From an uncultured bacterium (GTDB lineage: Bacteria > Cyanobacteriota > Vampirovibrionia > Gastranaerophilales > JAILCC01): a DNA stretch of 64,000 nt. The stretch spans positions 10,957-74,956 of the forward strand of contig CASDUJ010000008.1 in the NCBI GenBank assembly GCA_949283935.1, in the 5' to 3' direction. Positions 48,457 through 58,570 of the stretch are shown piece after piece (positions within the stretch are counted from its first letter, which is position 1; each line of letters begins with the position of its first letter). Under the pieces are notes generated by a model that saw nothing but the letters and a program-made list of their open reading frames with translations, had not been told where the DNA came from and made no database searches. The position numbers and the translations under genes were made by a program.

Positions 48457-49392
48457 TTACACCTCTACTTTGTATTCATTTATTACATTTTCTAAATCTT
48501 TTATATTGCATATGGCGTAAGATTGTACATCTTTAAGAGTTTTGCGTACCATACCTGTTAAAACTTTTGCAGGACCTATTTCTATGAATGTATCTACTCC
48601 TTGTTCTTGTAAATAATTCAAAGTTTGAACCCACATAACAGGAGAATAAATTTGTGCCGGCATTTTTGCCCTAAAATCTTCTGCTTTTAACGTTGGTTTG
48701 GCATCAATGTTTGTTATTATCGGAAATTTTGCATCAGAAAGAGTTGCTTTATTTGAATATGTTTCAAATTCTTTTGCAGCATTTAACATTAATTTGCTAT
48801 GAAATGCTCCACTTACTGCTAAAAGAATAGCTCTTTTGGCTCCATTAGCTAAAGCAAGTTCATTCGCTTTAACTATTGCTTTTTCTTCTCCAGTTATAAC
48901 TGTTTGTTCTGGAGTATTATAATTTGCTGCGTCAACATACCCCTCTTTTGAAGCTTCTGTTAATATTTTTCGCAAATTGTTTTCGTCTAAACCAATAATT
49001 GCGCTCATTGATCCAGTATTTATTTTACTCATTGCATTTGCTCTGGCATTTATTAACATTGCAGCCGTTTGTGTGTCAATAACTTCTGCTGAATAAAGCG
49101 CGGCATATTCTCCAAGACTATGTCCTGCTGCAAAATCTATAGGTATCTTAAATTCAGATTTAAGTGCCTCTAAAATCGCTAATTCAACTGCTAAAATACA
49201 CGGTTGAGCGTTTATGGTTTGTTTTAATTCCTCTTCTGTGCCATCAAAAGCTAAATTTATTATGTTTTTACCTGTAATTTCGTTAAATTTATTAAAAACT
49301 TCTTTTGAACATGTGTATTTATCATAAAAATCTTTTCCCATTCCAGAACATTGTGAACCTTGTCCTGTAAATAAAAGAGCTGTCTTTCCCAT
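48457..49392 (-). CDS. fabD: Malonyl-CoA:ACP transacylase
   Basis: GQGSQ, GHSLGEY and VSGAFHS motifs. Confidence 0.97.
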   Translation of the reverse strand: MGKTALLFTGQGSQCSGMGKDFYDKYTCSKEVFNKFNEITGKNIINLAFDGTEEELKQTINAQPCILAVELAILEALKSEFKIPIDFAAGHSLGEYAALYSAEVIDTQTAAMLINARANAMSKINTGSMSAIIGLDENNLRKILTEASKEGYVDAANYNTPEQTVITGEEKAIVKANELALANGAKRAILLAVSGAFHSKLMLNAAKEFETYSNKATLSDAKFPIITNIDAKPTLKAEDFRAKMPAQIYSPVMWVQTLNYLQEQGVDTFIEIGPAKVLTGMVRKTLKDVQSYAICNIKDLENVINEYKVEV

Positions 49393-49417
49393 AATTTTCC
49401 CTCCAAATTTTTGTTAA

Positions 49418-50434
49418 TTAATCTACGGTTTTCATACTTTTTTCGTACATTTCAACAATTTTATCGTTAACTTCTTTTTCTACAGCTTCTTTTGCTACTC
49501 TTATCGCATTTTTTATTGCATAAGCTTTACTGCTTCCATGCGTAATGACACTTACACCTTTGACTCCTAAAAGTAAAGCTCCGCCAATTTTTTCGTAATC
49601 TATTCGTTTTTTAAATCCACTAAAAATTTTCTTAGACAATAATCCAATAATTTTATTGTATAAAGAAGATTTGTATTCTTGTTTTAACATTTTGCTAACC
49701 ATAGTTAAAGCACCTTCGGCTGTTTTTAAAATTACATTTCCAACAAATCCATCACAAACTATAACTTGGCAATCTCCGGTAAAAACATCTCTTCCTTCAA
49801 TATTTCCAATAAAATTCAAAAATTCTTTTTTGCTGTTTAAAAGATTAAAAGTAGATTTGGCAAGTTCATTACCTTTTCCCTCTTCTTCTCCAATATTCAT
49901 TAAACCTACTTTTGGGTTGTTGTATCCTAAAATTAATTGGGCAAAAATTCTTCCCATAATTGCAAATTCATATAGCATTTCCGGTTCACAATCTGAATTT
50001 GCACCACCGTCTAGCATAGCTACAGGCTTTTTTGTAGTTGGCATTGTGCAACAAATAACGGGACGTTTTATTCCAGGAAGTCGTCCAAGTCCAAATAAAC
50101 TTGCTGCCATTGCAGCTCCTGTGCTTCCTGCTGCTACTAAACCTTGAGATTCACCTTTAGCTACAGATTCAACTGTAAGTACAATAGATGCCCTTTTTTT
50201 TGCACGTAAAGCTTTTGCAGGGGATTCTCCCATTTCAATAACTTCGTCAGTATGCGTAATCCCTATATCAATTCCTTTAGTATCGTATTTTGCAAGTTCT
50301 TCTTTTATTTGAACTTCATTTCCAATAAGTTGAATTGATATATTGTATTCTTTTGCTGCTTCAACAGCTCCTTTTACAATCTCTAATGGGGCATAATCCC
50401 CTCCCATCGCATCTACTGCTATTTTTATTGGCAT
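49418..50434 (-). CDS. plsX: Phosphate acyltransferase PlsX
   Basis: IAVDAMGGD.AP, DGFVGN..LK..EG and HGSS motifs. Confidence 0.97.
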   Translation of the reverse strand: MPIKIAVDAMGGDYAPLEIVKGAVEAAKEYNISIQLIGNEVQIKEELAKYDTKGIDIGITHTDEVIEMGESPAKALRAKKRASIVLTVESVAKGESQGLVAAGSTGAAMAASLFGLGRLPGIKRPVICCTMPTTKKPVAMLDGGANSDCEPEMLYEFAIMGRIFAQLILGYNNPKVGLMNIGEEEGKGNELAKSTFNLLNSKKEFLNFIGNIEGRDVFTGDCQVIVCDGFVGNVILKTAEGALTMVSKMLKQEYKSSLYNKIIGLLSKKIFSGFKKRIDYEKIGGALLLGVKGVSVITHGSSKAYAIKNAIRVAKEAVEKEVNDKIVEMYEKSMKTVD

Positions 50435-50461
50435 AATCCCTCTACCCTATTGTTTATTTTG

Positions 50462-50668
50462 TTATTCTTCTTCTTGTTCAACTACAGCAACTTCTTTTTT
50501 GCTTGCTTTTTTATCTTTGTCATAATAACCGCAAGTTGCACAAACAGTGTGAGCCAATTTTGTATCTCCACATTGTTTACAAGTTGTTGTTGTTGGTAAT
50601 GTTGCTTTCCAATTAGCACGTCTTTTTGCCTGTGCTGAAGCGCCTGTTCTTTTCTTTGGTACTGCCAT
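50462..50668 (-). CDS. rpmF: 50S ribosomal protein L32
   Basis: MAVPKKR...CKQCG...H.VC.TCGYY. Confidence 0.96.
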   Translation of the reverse strand: MAVPKKRTGASAQAKRRANWKATLPTTTTCKQCGDTKLAHTVCATCGYYDKDKKASKKEVAVVEQEEE

Positions 50669-50686
50669 AATGTTTTTTCACCTCTT

Positions 50687-51169
50687 TTATTTCTTATCTT
50701 TGTTTTTAACGATTAACGGAATTTCTATTATTTGTGTGTTTTCATCCGCTTTTATATATTTTTTTAGTTCTTCTGTTCCTTCACAATTTATATCACAAAG
50801 AACCTGTGTTGGAATATTAACAATTATACTTTGGTAAATTAAATCTCTCAAGTCTATTTCTTCACAATTATTCAATTCTTCTGTAAAATCTGAAGCTTTC
50901 ATCTGATGTTCTTTAGTTGTAATGGGGGTAAATGTCCCTTTAAAGTATTTTTCATCTATGTTAATATCTAATTTTTTTTCAAATGTTTTAAGACATCTTG
51001 AACATTCTAATTCTATATTAGACGTTAAATTTCCATTTACAAAAATAAAATCCCCACTTAATTTCATAACTAACATGCCTGAAGCATGTGCTTTTAATTC
51101 AGGAAAAGTTTCGTTTATTTCTAATTTAACAGGTTTATTAGGTTCAAGTTCGTTAATATTTATAATCAT
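50687..51169 (-). CDS. YceD/DUF177 family protein
   Basis: CSRCL, IDL and P...LC...C.G motifs; upstream of rpmF. Confidence 0.9.
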   Translation of the reverse strand: MIININELEPNKPVKLEINETFPELKAHASGMLVMKLSGDFIFVNGNLTSNIELECSRCLKTFEKKLDINIDEKYFKGTFTPITTKEHQMKASDFTEELNNCEEIDLRDLIYQSIIVNIPTQVLCDINCEGTEELKKYIKADENTQIIEIPLIVKNKDKK

Positions 51170-51282
51170 TTTAATCCATTAAAATTTCTTACTGAAAAAA
51201 TAATACAATAAAAATAAGCCTTTGCGTAAAATTGGTTCAAAAATTAATTTGTAACAAACTGTAAATATTTGCATAAAAATCC

Positions 51283-51309
51283 TAAAGTTTTCTTTTAATT
51301 AGCCGATAT
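51283..51309 (+). promoter_or_regulatory. Near-consensus sigma28 promoter
   Basis: TAAAGTTT-N11-GCCGATAT. Confidence 0.75.
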
Positions 51310-51349
51310 CTTAAGTGAATTGGTAAGGTATTGTAGAAAGGCGGTATAT

Positions 51350-51523
51350 ATGGCAATAAAAGAATTTTTTAGGAAATTAAATTTTGAAATAAAAAGAAGA
51401 GAAAACACTGGAGTATTTGCCCTTTTAGAATTTTATTTTCCTGAAGAAAAAGAAGGATTTGAAGAACTTGAAGTTGGCGAATCTCAAGTAAGTATTACAG
51501 GCAAACTTCAACCAGAACGTTAG
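51350..51523 (+). CDS. 57-aa hypothetical protein downstream of the sigma28 promoter
   Basis: AAGGCGG RBS; MAIKEFFRKLNFEIKRRE...LQPER. Confidence 0.6.
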   Translation: MAIKEFFRKLNFEIKRRENTGVFALLEFYFPEEKEGFEELEVGESQVSITGKLQPER

Positions 51524-51531
51524 GAGCTAAA

Positions 51532-51678
51532 ATGGAGCAGATAAAAGAGAAAAAGAGATCTAAACGCATTTTTTCGGTGCTTTTAGATGAGATAAAAAAG
51601 CTCGAAGAGAATATTTTGGATGACAATTCTCTTGTTATGAGCGAATACATTTCAACTGCGCACAAAAACACAAAATAA
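51532..51678 (+). CDS. Unannotated 48-aa hypothetical protein
   Basis: AGGAG RBS overlapping the previous stop; MEQIKEKKRSKRIFSVLLDEIKKLEENILDDNSLVMSEYISTAHKNTK. Confidence 0.6.
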   Translation: MEQIKEKKRSKRIFSVLLDEIKKLEENILDDNSLVMSEYISTAHKNTK

Positions 51679-51679
51679 T

Positions 51680-51988
51680 TTATTTTAAAAGATTTGCGAT
51701 TTTTGTGCGCAATTCTTTTTCTGAAATGTTTACTAAAAAAGTTTTAATTTTATTTTTGTCTCCTAAAATTAATTCAATAGAATTTTTAGGAATGTTCAAA
51801 GACTTAGATAACAAAGCTAATATTTCTTTATTAGCTTTGTTTTCTATTGGAGAGGAATTAAGTTTAGCTTTTATATATTCTTTTGTAATTTCTATTATTT
51901 TAGAACTAGAAGAATTAGGAATAACTTTTACTTGAAACGTTATTCCTCTTTTATGTTTGTTTATTTGAAAATCATTGATATTTTGCAT
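51680..51988 (-). CDS. DUF167 (YggU-like) protein
   Basis: VKVIPNSS...P.ENKAN..I...LSK.L.IPK..I.L..G...K.K pattern. Confidence 0.88.
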   Translation of the reverse strand: MQNINDFQINKHKRGITFQVKVIPNSSSSKIIEITKEYIKAKLNSSPIENKANKEILALLSKSLNIPKNSIELILGDKNKIKTFLVNISEKELRTKIANLLK

Positions 51989-52039
51989 AAGACCAAAAAA
52001 GTTGTAAAATAAAAACAAAGATTAAATGAGCTTAACCAC

Positions 52040-54193
52040 ATGCCGGCAAAAACATTTGAACCTCTCGAAATTATATTAAAAAAACAAGGACGAAATCAAG
52101 AAGATATAGATAAAATAAGAGAAACCTTTGAATTTGCTTCTTCTCATCATGAAGGACAATATAGAGCAAGCGAAGAACCTTATATTATTCATCCTGTTGA
52201 AGTTGCTAAAATTCTTGTTGAATTTAAGGCCGATACACATACAATTATGGCGGCACTTTTGCATGATATTCTTGAAGATACAAATGTTACAGCTCAAGAA
52301 ATAGAAGAGAAATTTGGTCCTGATGTTTTAAAACTTGTAAACGGAGTAACAAAATTAGGGAAATTAGAATTTAAATCAAAAGAAGACAGACAAGCAGAAA
52401 ATTTCAGAAAAATGTTTGTTTCTATGGCTGAAGATGTTCGGGTTATTTTGTTAAAATTAGCTGATAGACTTCATAACATGCGAACTCTTAACCATATGCC
52501 CATAAATAAACAAAAAAGAATTGCACAAGAAACTCTTGAAATTTTTGCTCCTCTTGCTAATCGTCTAGGAATAGGAAGAATAAAAGCAGAACTTGAGGAT
52601 TTGGCATTAAGATATACCGAACCTGAAAAATATTATGAAGTAGTAAAAAATGTTGCTCAAACAAAAGCAGAAAGAGATATAGTTGTTCAAACTCTTGTGG
52701 ATACAATTCAAGTTTCTTTGGCAAAATCTGGTATTAAAGCAAAAATTAAAGGAAGAGCCAAACATTATTACAGCATATACGCAAAAATGAAACGACAACA
52801 AAAAGACTACCATGAACTTTTTGATATTATTGCTGTTAGAGTAATTGTTGATAATTTAAGAGATTGTTATGGAGTATTAGGAATAATTCATTCTACATTT
52901 AAACCTATTCCTGGCCGATTTAAAGATTACATAGCAATGCCCAAAAGTAATTTATACAGATCATTACACACCTCTGTAATAGGGCCAAGAGGTAAACCTG
53001 TAGAAATTCAAATAAGAACTCAACAAATGCATGAAGAAGCTGAATTTGGTATAGCAGCTCATTGGAAATACAAAGAATCTGGTTCAGTAAAAATGACTGA
53101 AGCTGACAAAAAGTTTACTTGGCTGAGAAAATTAGCTGAAGTTCAAGAAAATGCAAAAGATGCAAAAGAATATGTAGATTTAGTAAAATTAGATTTGTTT
53201 GCTGATCAAGTTTTTGTTTTTACTCCAATGGGAGATGTTATAGATTTGCCAAGTGGAGCAACACCAATAGACTTTGCTTATAGAGTACACACAGAAGTAG
53301 GACACAAAACGATTGGTGCAAAAATTAATGGAAGAATAGTTCCTTTAGATACTAAACTTTTAACAGGTGATATTATTGAAATTATTACGTCCAAAACACC
53401 TAATCCTAAATGGGATTGGATTAATATTGCTGCATCAAATACAGCTAAATCTAAAATTAAATTATGGTTTAAAAAGAACAAACGTGATGAATATATTGTT
53501 CTTGGCAGAAACCTTTTAGAGCACGAAATATCTAAAGCACATTTTGATGAATATACAAAAATAGATGAATTTAATCGTGTAGCTAAAGAATTAAACTATG
53601 TATCACAAGAGGATTTATTTGCCGCATTGGGATATGGAGAAACATCTATTCATAAAGTTGTAAACAAATTAAAGAAGCTAGAAAAATCTGAAGGAATTAT
53701 AATTAAGCAAACGTCAAAGTCTAAAAATGGTTCAAAAGACATAATAGGTTTAGAAGGTATGTTATACCACATTTCAAAATGTTGTATGCCTATTCCTGGA
53801 GAACCAATAGTAGGAGCAATAACAAGAAGTCGAGGTGTAAGTGTGCATCGAATAGATTGCCCAACTCTTAATGAGATTCCTCAAGAACGTTTGATGCCTA
53901 TTAGTTGGTCATCGATGGAATTGAAAAAAACTTATGTTGTCCCAATAAAAATTGAAACACAAGACAAAGTTGGAGTATTACAACAAGTTTTGGCAAAAGT
54001 TACAGATAACAAAACAAATATTGCTTATGCCAATGGATTTTCCAAACAAAATAAAAAAGGTATCATAGAATTAGGTTTGGAAGTAAAAGATATAGATGGA
54101 CTTACAAAAATTATTAATGCAATTCAATCATTGCCTGAAGTTATATCTGTAAAAAGAACTCACGCACCTCAAGCTATGAAACGTAACAGATAA
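52040..54193 (+). CDS. relA: Bifunctional (p)ppGpp synthetase/hydrolase (long RSH)
   Basis: HD domain (LLHD), DRLHNMRTL, RFKDYI, EIQIRT, TGS and ACT domains. Confidence 0.97.
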   Translation: MPAKTFEPLEIILKKQGRNQEDIDKIRETFEFASSHHEGQYRASEEPYIIHPVEVAKILVEFKADTHTIMAALLHDILEDTNVTAQEIEEKFGPDVLKLVNGVTKLGKLEFKSKEDRQAENFRKMFVSMAEDVRVILLKLADRLHNMRTLNHMPINKQKRIAQETLEIFAPLANRLGIGRIKAELEDLALRYTEPEKYYEVVKNVAQTKAERDIVVQTLVDTIQVSLAKSGIKAKIKGRAKHYYSIYAKMKRQQKDYHELFDIIAVRVIVDNLRDCYGVLGIIHSTFKPIPGRFKDYIAMPKSNLYRSLHTSVIGPRGKPVEIQIRTQQMHEEAEFGIAAHWKYKESGSVKMTEADKKFTWLRKLAEVQENAKDAKEYVDLVKLDLFADQVFVFTPMGDVIDLPSGATPIDFAYRVHTEVGHKTIGAKINGRIVPLDTKLLTGDIIEIITSKTPNPKWDWINIAASNTAKSKIKLWFKKNKRDEYIVLGRNLLEHEISKAHFDEYTKIDEFNRVAKELNYVSQEDLFAALGYGETSIHKVVNKLKKLEKSEGIIIKQTSKSKNGSKDIIGLEGMLYHISKCCMPIPGEPIVGAITRSRGVSVHRIDCPTLNEIPQERLMPISWSSMELKKTYVVPIKIETQDKVGVLQQVLAKVTDNKTNIAYANGFSKQNKKGIIELGLEVKDIDGLTKIINAIQSLPEVISVKRTHAPQAMKRNR

Positions 54194-54262
54194 ATATTTC
54201 ATTAGCAAAAAAAATTTTTACAATTTTTATGATTCATATACACATGACGCAAGGAAAAATAT

Positions 54263-55408
54263 ATGAAGATATTAGCTGTAAATGCTCTAAGACCTATTAC
54301 TAATATTAATTTTGCTGGTAAAACAAATATTTCTATGCAAGAAAAACAAGAAAAAGGTAAAAATATACCTGATATGCATTTATGGCCACGTGTAAATACA
54401 TTACTTCAAGAATACAACATTAAAAATAATTTAATTGAGAACAAAATAAAAAGAACTGAAGAAAAATACGATGATGAATTGGGTTATGATGCCATTTTTT
54501 GCTACAACAAAAACAACAAATTAATTCAAAAAAGATATTTTGATGACGATGGGCAAATAGACATGATAAGGAAATATAACCCCAAAACAGGATATGTTCA
54601 CAATGAAATTTATAAAGGATTAGAAGGAATAAGCATAGTCTTTTTTAATCCTGAGAAAAATGGACAAATACTTAATGGTATACAGTTAAATCAATACAAC
54701 AGAAGAATATATACGTATAGTTGTGAATATGATGCAAATAGTTCCAAAGGTAAATTAACAAAAATTAATTATAACCCCTACACCCAAAAATGTGATTCTA
54801 TAGAAATAGGTATACTTAAATCAGACAATTTTATTTTAGATGATATTGATATTATTAAAAAGACAAATTTTCAACATGATGGAAAAACTATAAGCGAAAT
54901 AATTGAATACGACGAAGAAGGTAATATAACAAAAGAAACAATTATGAGACCAAAGGGAAAAACAATAGACAGAATCATTGAATATGATGATGAAACGCAT
55001 ACTAAAAAGAGAGAAACAAAAATGAAACCTGATGGAAAAAATTTAGATTATATCATTGATTATTATACTAAAGAAACAGATGAATATATTTTCCCTATAA
55101 AAGATTGCTTAAAAGATATTTCATACACCAAAACTTTTTATAACAAAGGGAAAAGAACTAACACATTTTATTATGATGAAAGAGATAGAATTGCCAGAGA
55201 ATTTATATACGATAAAAATGGTGAAAAAATAAAAGAACATATAGAATATTCATACGGATACGATAAAAAATCAGATTGTAAAGTTACAATAAAAGATTAT
55301 TGGTCAGATTTAGAAATTATCAAACAAGTAGTTGAATATAGAAATTCTCATGACGATAAGCTAATTGCTAGCAAAGTTCAAACTTTTGATGATGATGTGT
55401 GGAATTAG
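54263..55408 (+). CDS. Repeat-containing hypothetical protein (DUF2963-like beta repeats)
   Basis: Repeats of the type DGKTI..IIEYD...K.T; N-terminal MKILAVNALRPITNINFAG. Confidence 0.7.
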   Translation: MKILAVNALRPITNINFAGKTNISMQEKQEKGKNIPDMHLWPRVNTLLQEYNIKNNLIENKIKRTEEKYDDELGYDAIFCYNKNNKLIQKRYFDDDGQIDMIRKYNPKTGYVHNEIYKGLEGISIVFFNPEKNGQILNGIQLNQYNRRIYTYSCEYDANSSKGKLTKINYNPYTQKCDSIEIGILKSDNFILDDIDIIKKTNFQHDGKTISEIIEYDEEGNITKETIMRPKGKTIDRIIEYDDETHTKKRETKMKPDGKNLDYIIDYYTKETDEYIFPIKDCLKDISYTKTFYNKGKRTNTFYYDERDRIAREFIYDKNGEKIKEHIEYSYGYDKKSDCKVTIKDYWSDLEIIKQVVEYRNSHDDKLIASKVQTFDDDVWN

Positions 55409-55517
55409 TTTAAATTTTAAAATAATAAAAATAAAAACATAAACCAAATAGTTTATAGACATTAACTTCTTAGATTGCATATAATGGATATACATAGTAA
55501 TTTGAGGAATTGAGTTT

Positions 55518-58500
55518 ATGTTGCAAGAGGCATCTAAATTAATTATCAATAATGTAAACAATGCATTCCAACAAAGTTTCATAAAAAGGCTTTGCCAATA
55601 TTTACATGATTGCATAAGAGAAGAAGTAAAAAGCTCAACTTTTAGAAATTTAGCATATGACAAAGACAATAAATGGGTATTTTTAGAAACAGAAGCAGGA
55701 ATGTTAATAAGTCCTAATAATCCATTAAAATTAAATGGCACAGACAATTCTTTAACAGAATTAATGGTTCATTCAGAAACTTCACAAAAAGACAAATATA
55801 TGATTTTTGGTTTTTTGTTTTTGGAGGGAAAATCAGGTAAAAAAAAGTCTGCTTCTGAATTTTTAACTCCACTTTTATATATTCCGTGCAAAATAGAAAG
55901 AAGCGGAGCAAATTTGGCACTTATTTTAACAGAAGAGAATTTTTCATTAAACACAGGAGCTTTATCTGCTTTAATGGAATATAAAGATGAAGATCAGGCA
56001 GAAAATTTATTTTGTGGTCTCATAGACGTTGTTCCAGATTATCCTTTAACTCAAGAAAAAATGCAAATCTTTTTGACAACATTGAAATCTATTATTCCCG
56101 AGATAGATGTCAAAGATTGTAGAATGTATTTTGATAAAATTCCCGAAACAGGAGAAGAAAATGAAATAGCTATTACAAATAAAAGTGCGGTTATTTTGAC
56201 AAAGAGACCGGCAATAACGGCAGGAGTATTGCACGAACTTACGCAAATGGCAGAAAAACCTTCAGGCATTTTTAGAGAGACATCGTTAAAGCCAATTAAT
56301 GATGAATTTACTGGAGCCAAAATAAAAATTACACAAAAAAGTGATGAAGAATTTTATCCAATAACACCTCTTTCTTTAAGTGAATCTCAGCAAAACGTTT
56401 TAAAATCCGTAGAAGATAACACATTAATAACTGTTTTTGGCCCTCCAGGAACAGGAAAATCACAAACTATAGTTAATTTAATAACACATTTAATAGCCAA
56501 TGGGAAAACAGTTCTTGTAGCTTCAAGAATGGACAAAGCTGTAGATGTAATAGCAGAAAGATTAAATAGTTTTGGAGCACCTTATCTTGTAATGAGGGCA
56601 GGTAGATTAAATTATCAAAAGCAACTTCATAGAGATTTACAAGAAATGCTATCCAACAAACAAGATTTTGATACAGGATATGAAAGTGCTGTATTTGCTG
56701 ATATTGAAGATATGAAAAATTTATTGAAAAATATAAGAGAAATTGAAAAGAAATGCGATAATATTATAAAACTTGAGCACGAATGGTTTAATATTCTTGA
56801 AGAATATAAAATTCAAACAAACAAAATTCAAAACGAATACATTTCCAAAAAACTTTCTGATGGAGATATTGCAGTAGGAAAAGCAATTTTGTCAAAAATT
56901 GGAAATGTTCAAAATAATCCAACAACATGGAATAAAATTCTTAACTACGTATATAATTACAGACTTAAAAAAAGTTTAATGTTACAAAACATAAAATTCA
57001 CTCACGAAACAGTTAATGAAATAAACGAAGAACTTGAACTTAAAGCTTTGTACAACAAACTTAAATCTATAGAAAATAAAATAAACAAAACAGGTAATTT
57101 GCATAATCTTTTTGAACAAATAAAAGAACTAAAATCTAAACAAAAGAAATTGGCAATAGATATACTAAAAAACAAAAGAAGAAAAGCATTACTTGAAATA
57201 ACAAGAAGTCAAGAAAAAAGACAAAGATTAATGATTCACGCAAAAGCATTGGTAGCAAGACAAAAGAACTTGCAAAACAGAGTATTGGATGAAGAAGATT
57301 TTCAACCTTTATTAGATGCATTTCCGTGTTGGGCAGTAACTACCTATGCAATATCCGAATCATTACCTTTAAAACCAGGAATTTTTGATGTAGCAATTAT
57401 AGATGAAGCATCTCAATGTGATATTGCGAGTTGTTTTCCTATAATGTATCGCGCCAAAAAAACAATTGTTGTTGGAGATGATAAACAATTACCTCATTTA
57501 TCTTTTTTGGAAAAAGCTAAAGAGCAATCATTTTTTACCCAATATAATATTCCGGATAAATATCAATTAATGTGGAGATTTAGGACAAATTCAGTATTTG
57601 ATCTTGCTAATTATTATTCTACTTGTCCTATATTGTTAGATGAACATTTTAGAAGTCTTCCCCCTATTATTGATTTTAGTAATGATCAATTTTATGGTGG
57701 AAAATTAAGAATAATGAATAAAGAAACAGATTTAAAAGATGTGATAGAATTAATTTCTGTAAAAAATGCAAAAGTAGATTTAGATACAACAAAAAATATG
57801 GCAGAAACAGAAGAATTAATCAAAAGATTACAAGAAATAATTACGCAAGATGCCGAAAAAAAACCTAAGAAAGCTATTTCAATAGGTATTATTTCTCCAT
57901 TTAGGGGACAAGTAGAGCAAATTAAAAAAGCGATATCTCAAATTATTCCAGATAAATTAGTTAAGAAACATCAAATTGAAGTTGGGACAGCTCATACATT
58001 TCAAGGAGATGAAAGAGACATAATGATGTTGTCTTTTGCCATAGCAGAAAATAGTCATAATCAAAGTCTTATGTTTTTGCAAAAACCAAATCTTTTTAAT
58101 GTAGCAATTACAAGGGCGAGAAAAAAACTTATAGTATTTTGTTCGAAAGAAATTACAGATTTACCTCAAGGGCTTTTGAGAGATTTTCTTAATTACATAA
58201 ATGAATTGAAAGAAAAAAATGAAAATATTCCTGAATTAGAAATCACAGATTATGAATACAATAATAAATTTGAACAGCAAGTAGCTATAGTTTGTGAACA
58301 AGAAGGTTTAAAGGTAATTTCAGGTTTTGAAACTGCTGGTTTAAGAATAGATTTAATTATTTCAGATGGAGAAAATCAATTGGTAATTGAATGCGACGGA
58401 GTAGAAAATGAAATAGAAAAACCTGTTAGACCTAGCTATAAACAAGAAATATTGGAACGTTGCGGATTTAAAATTATGCACATTACTGCCAGAGAATGGT

Positions 58501-58562
58501 ATTATAGCCAAAATGCTTGTTTGGCTAAGATTAAAAGAGAATTAATAGAAATGAAATTATAG
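55518..58562 (+). CDS. Superfamily 1 (UPF1/DNA2-like) helicase with a C-terminal Vsr/REase-like nuclease domain
   Basis: GPPGTGKS, DEASQ, GDDKQL, EHFRS, ISPFRGQ, FQGDERD, NVAITRAR; C-terminal FE..V....G.RIDL...IECDG...Q..LER.G. Confidence 0.88.
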   Translation: MLQEASKLIINNVNNAFQQSFIKRLCQYLHDCIREEVKSSTFRNLAYDKDNKWVFLETEAGMLISPNNPLKLNGTDNSLTELMVHSETSQKDKYMIFGFLFLEGKSGKKKSASEFLTPLLYIPCKIERSGANLALILTEENFSLNTGALSALMEYKDEDQAENLFCGLIDVVPDYPLTQEKMQIFLTTLKSIIPEIDVKDCRMYFDKIPETGEENEIAITNKSAVILTKRPAITAGVLHELTQMAEKPSGIFRETSLKPINDEFTGAKIKITQKSDEEFYPITPLSLSESQQNVLKSVEDNTLITVFGPPGTGKSQTIVNLITHLIANGKTVLVASRMDKAVDVIAERLNSFGAPYLVMRAGRLNYQKQLHRDLQEMLSNKQDFDTGYESAVFADIEDMKNLLKNIREIEKKCDNIIKLEHEWFNILEEYKIQTNKIQNEYISKKLSDGDIAVGKAILSKIGNVQNNPTTWNKILNYVYNYRLKKSLMLQNIKFTHETVNEINEELELKALYNKLKSIENKINKTGNLHNLFEQIKELKSKQKKLAIDILKNKRRKALLEITRSQEKRQRLMIHAKALVARQKNLQNRVLDEEDFQPLLDAFPCWAVTTYAISESLPLKPGIFDVAIIDEASQCDIASCFPIMYRAKKTIVVGDDKQLPHLSFLEKAKEQSFFTQYNIPDKYQLMWRFRTNSVFDLANYYSTCPILLDEHFRSLPPIIDFSNDQFYGGKLRIMNKETDLKDVIELISVKNAKVDLDTTKNMAETEELIKRLQEIITQDAEKKPKKAISIGIISPFRGQVEQIKKAISQIIPDKLVKKHQIEVGTAHTFQGDERDIMMLSFAIAENSHNQSLMFLQKPNLFNVAITRARKKLIVFCSKEITDLPQGLLRDFLNYINELKEKNENIPELEITDYEYNNKFEQQVAIVCEQEGLKVISGFETAGLRIDLIISDGENQLVIECDGVENEIEKPVRPSYKQEILERCGFKIMHITAREWYYSQNACLAKIKRELIEMKL

Positions 58563-58570
58563 AAAATTTG

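Noticed and set aside
48457-50434. Missing fabH between plsX and fabD
   Set aside because: fabH is often encoded elsewhere, so absence cannot be judged from one window.
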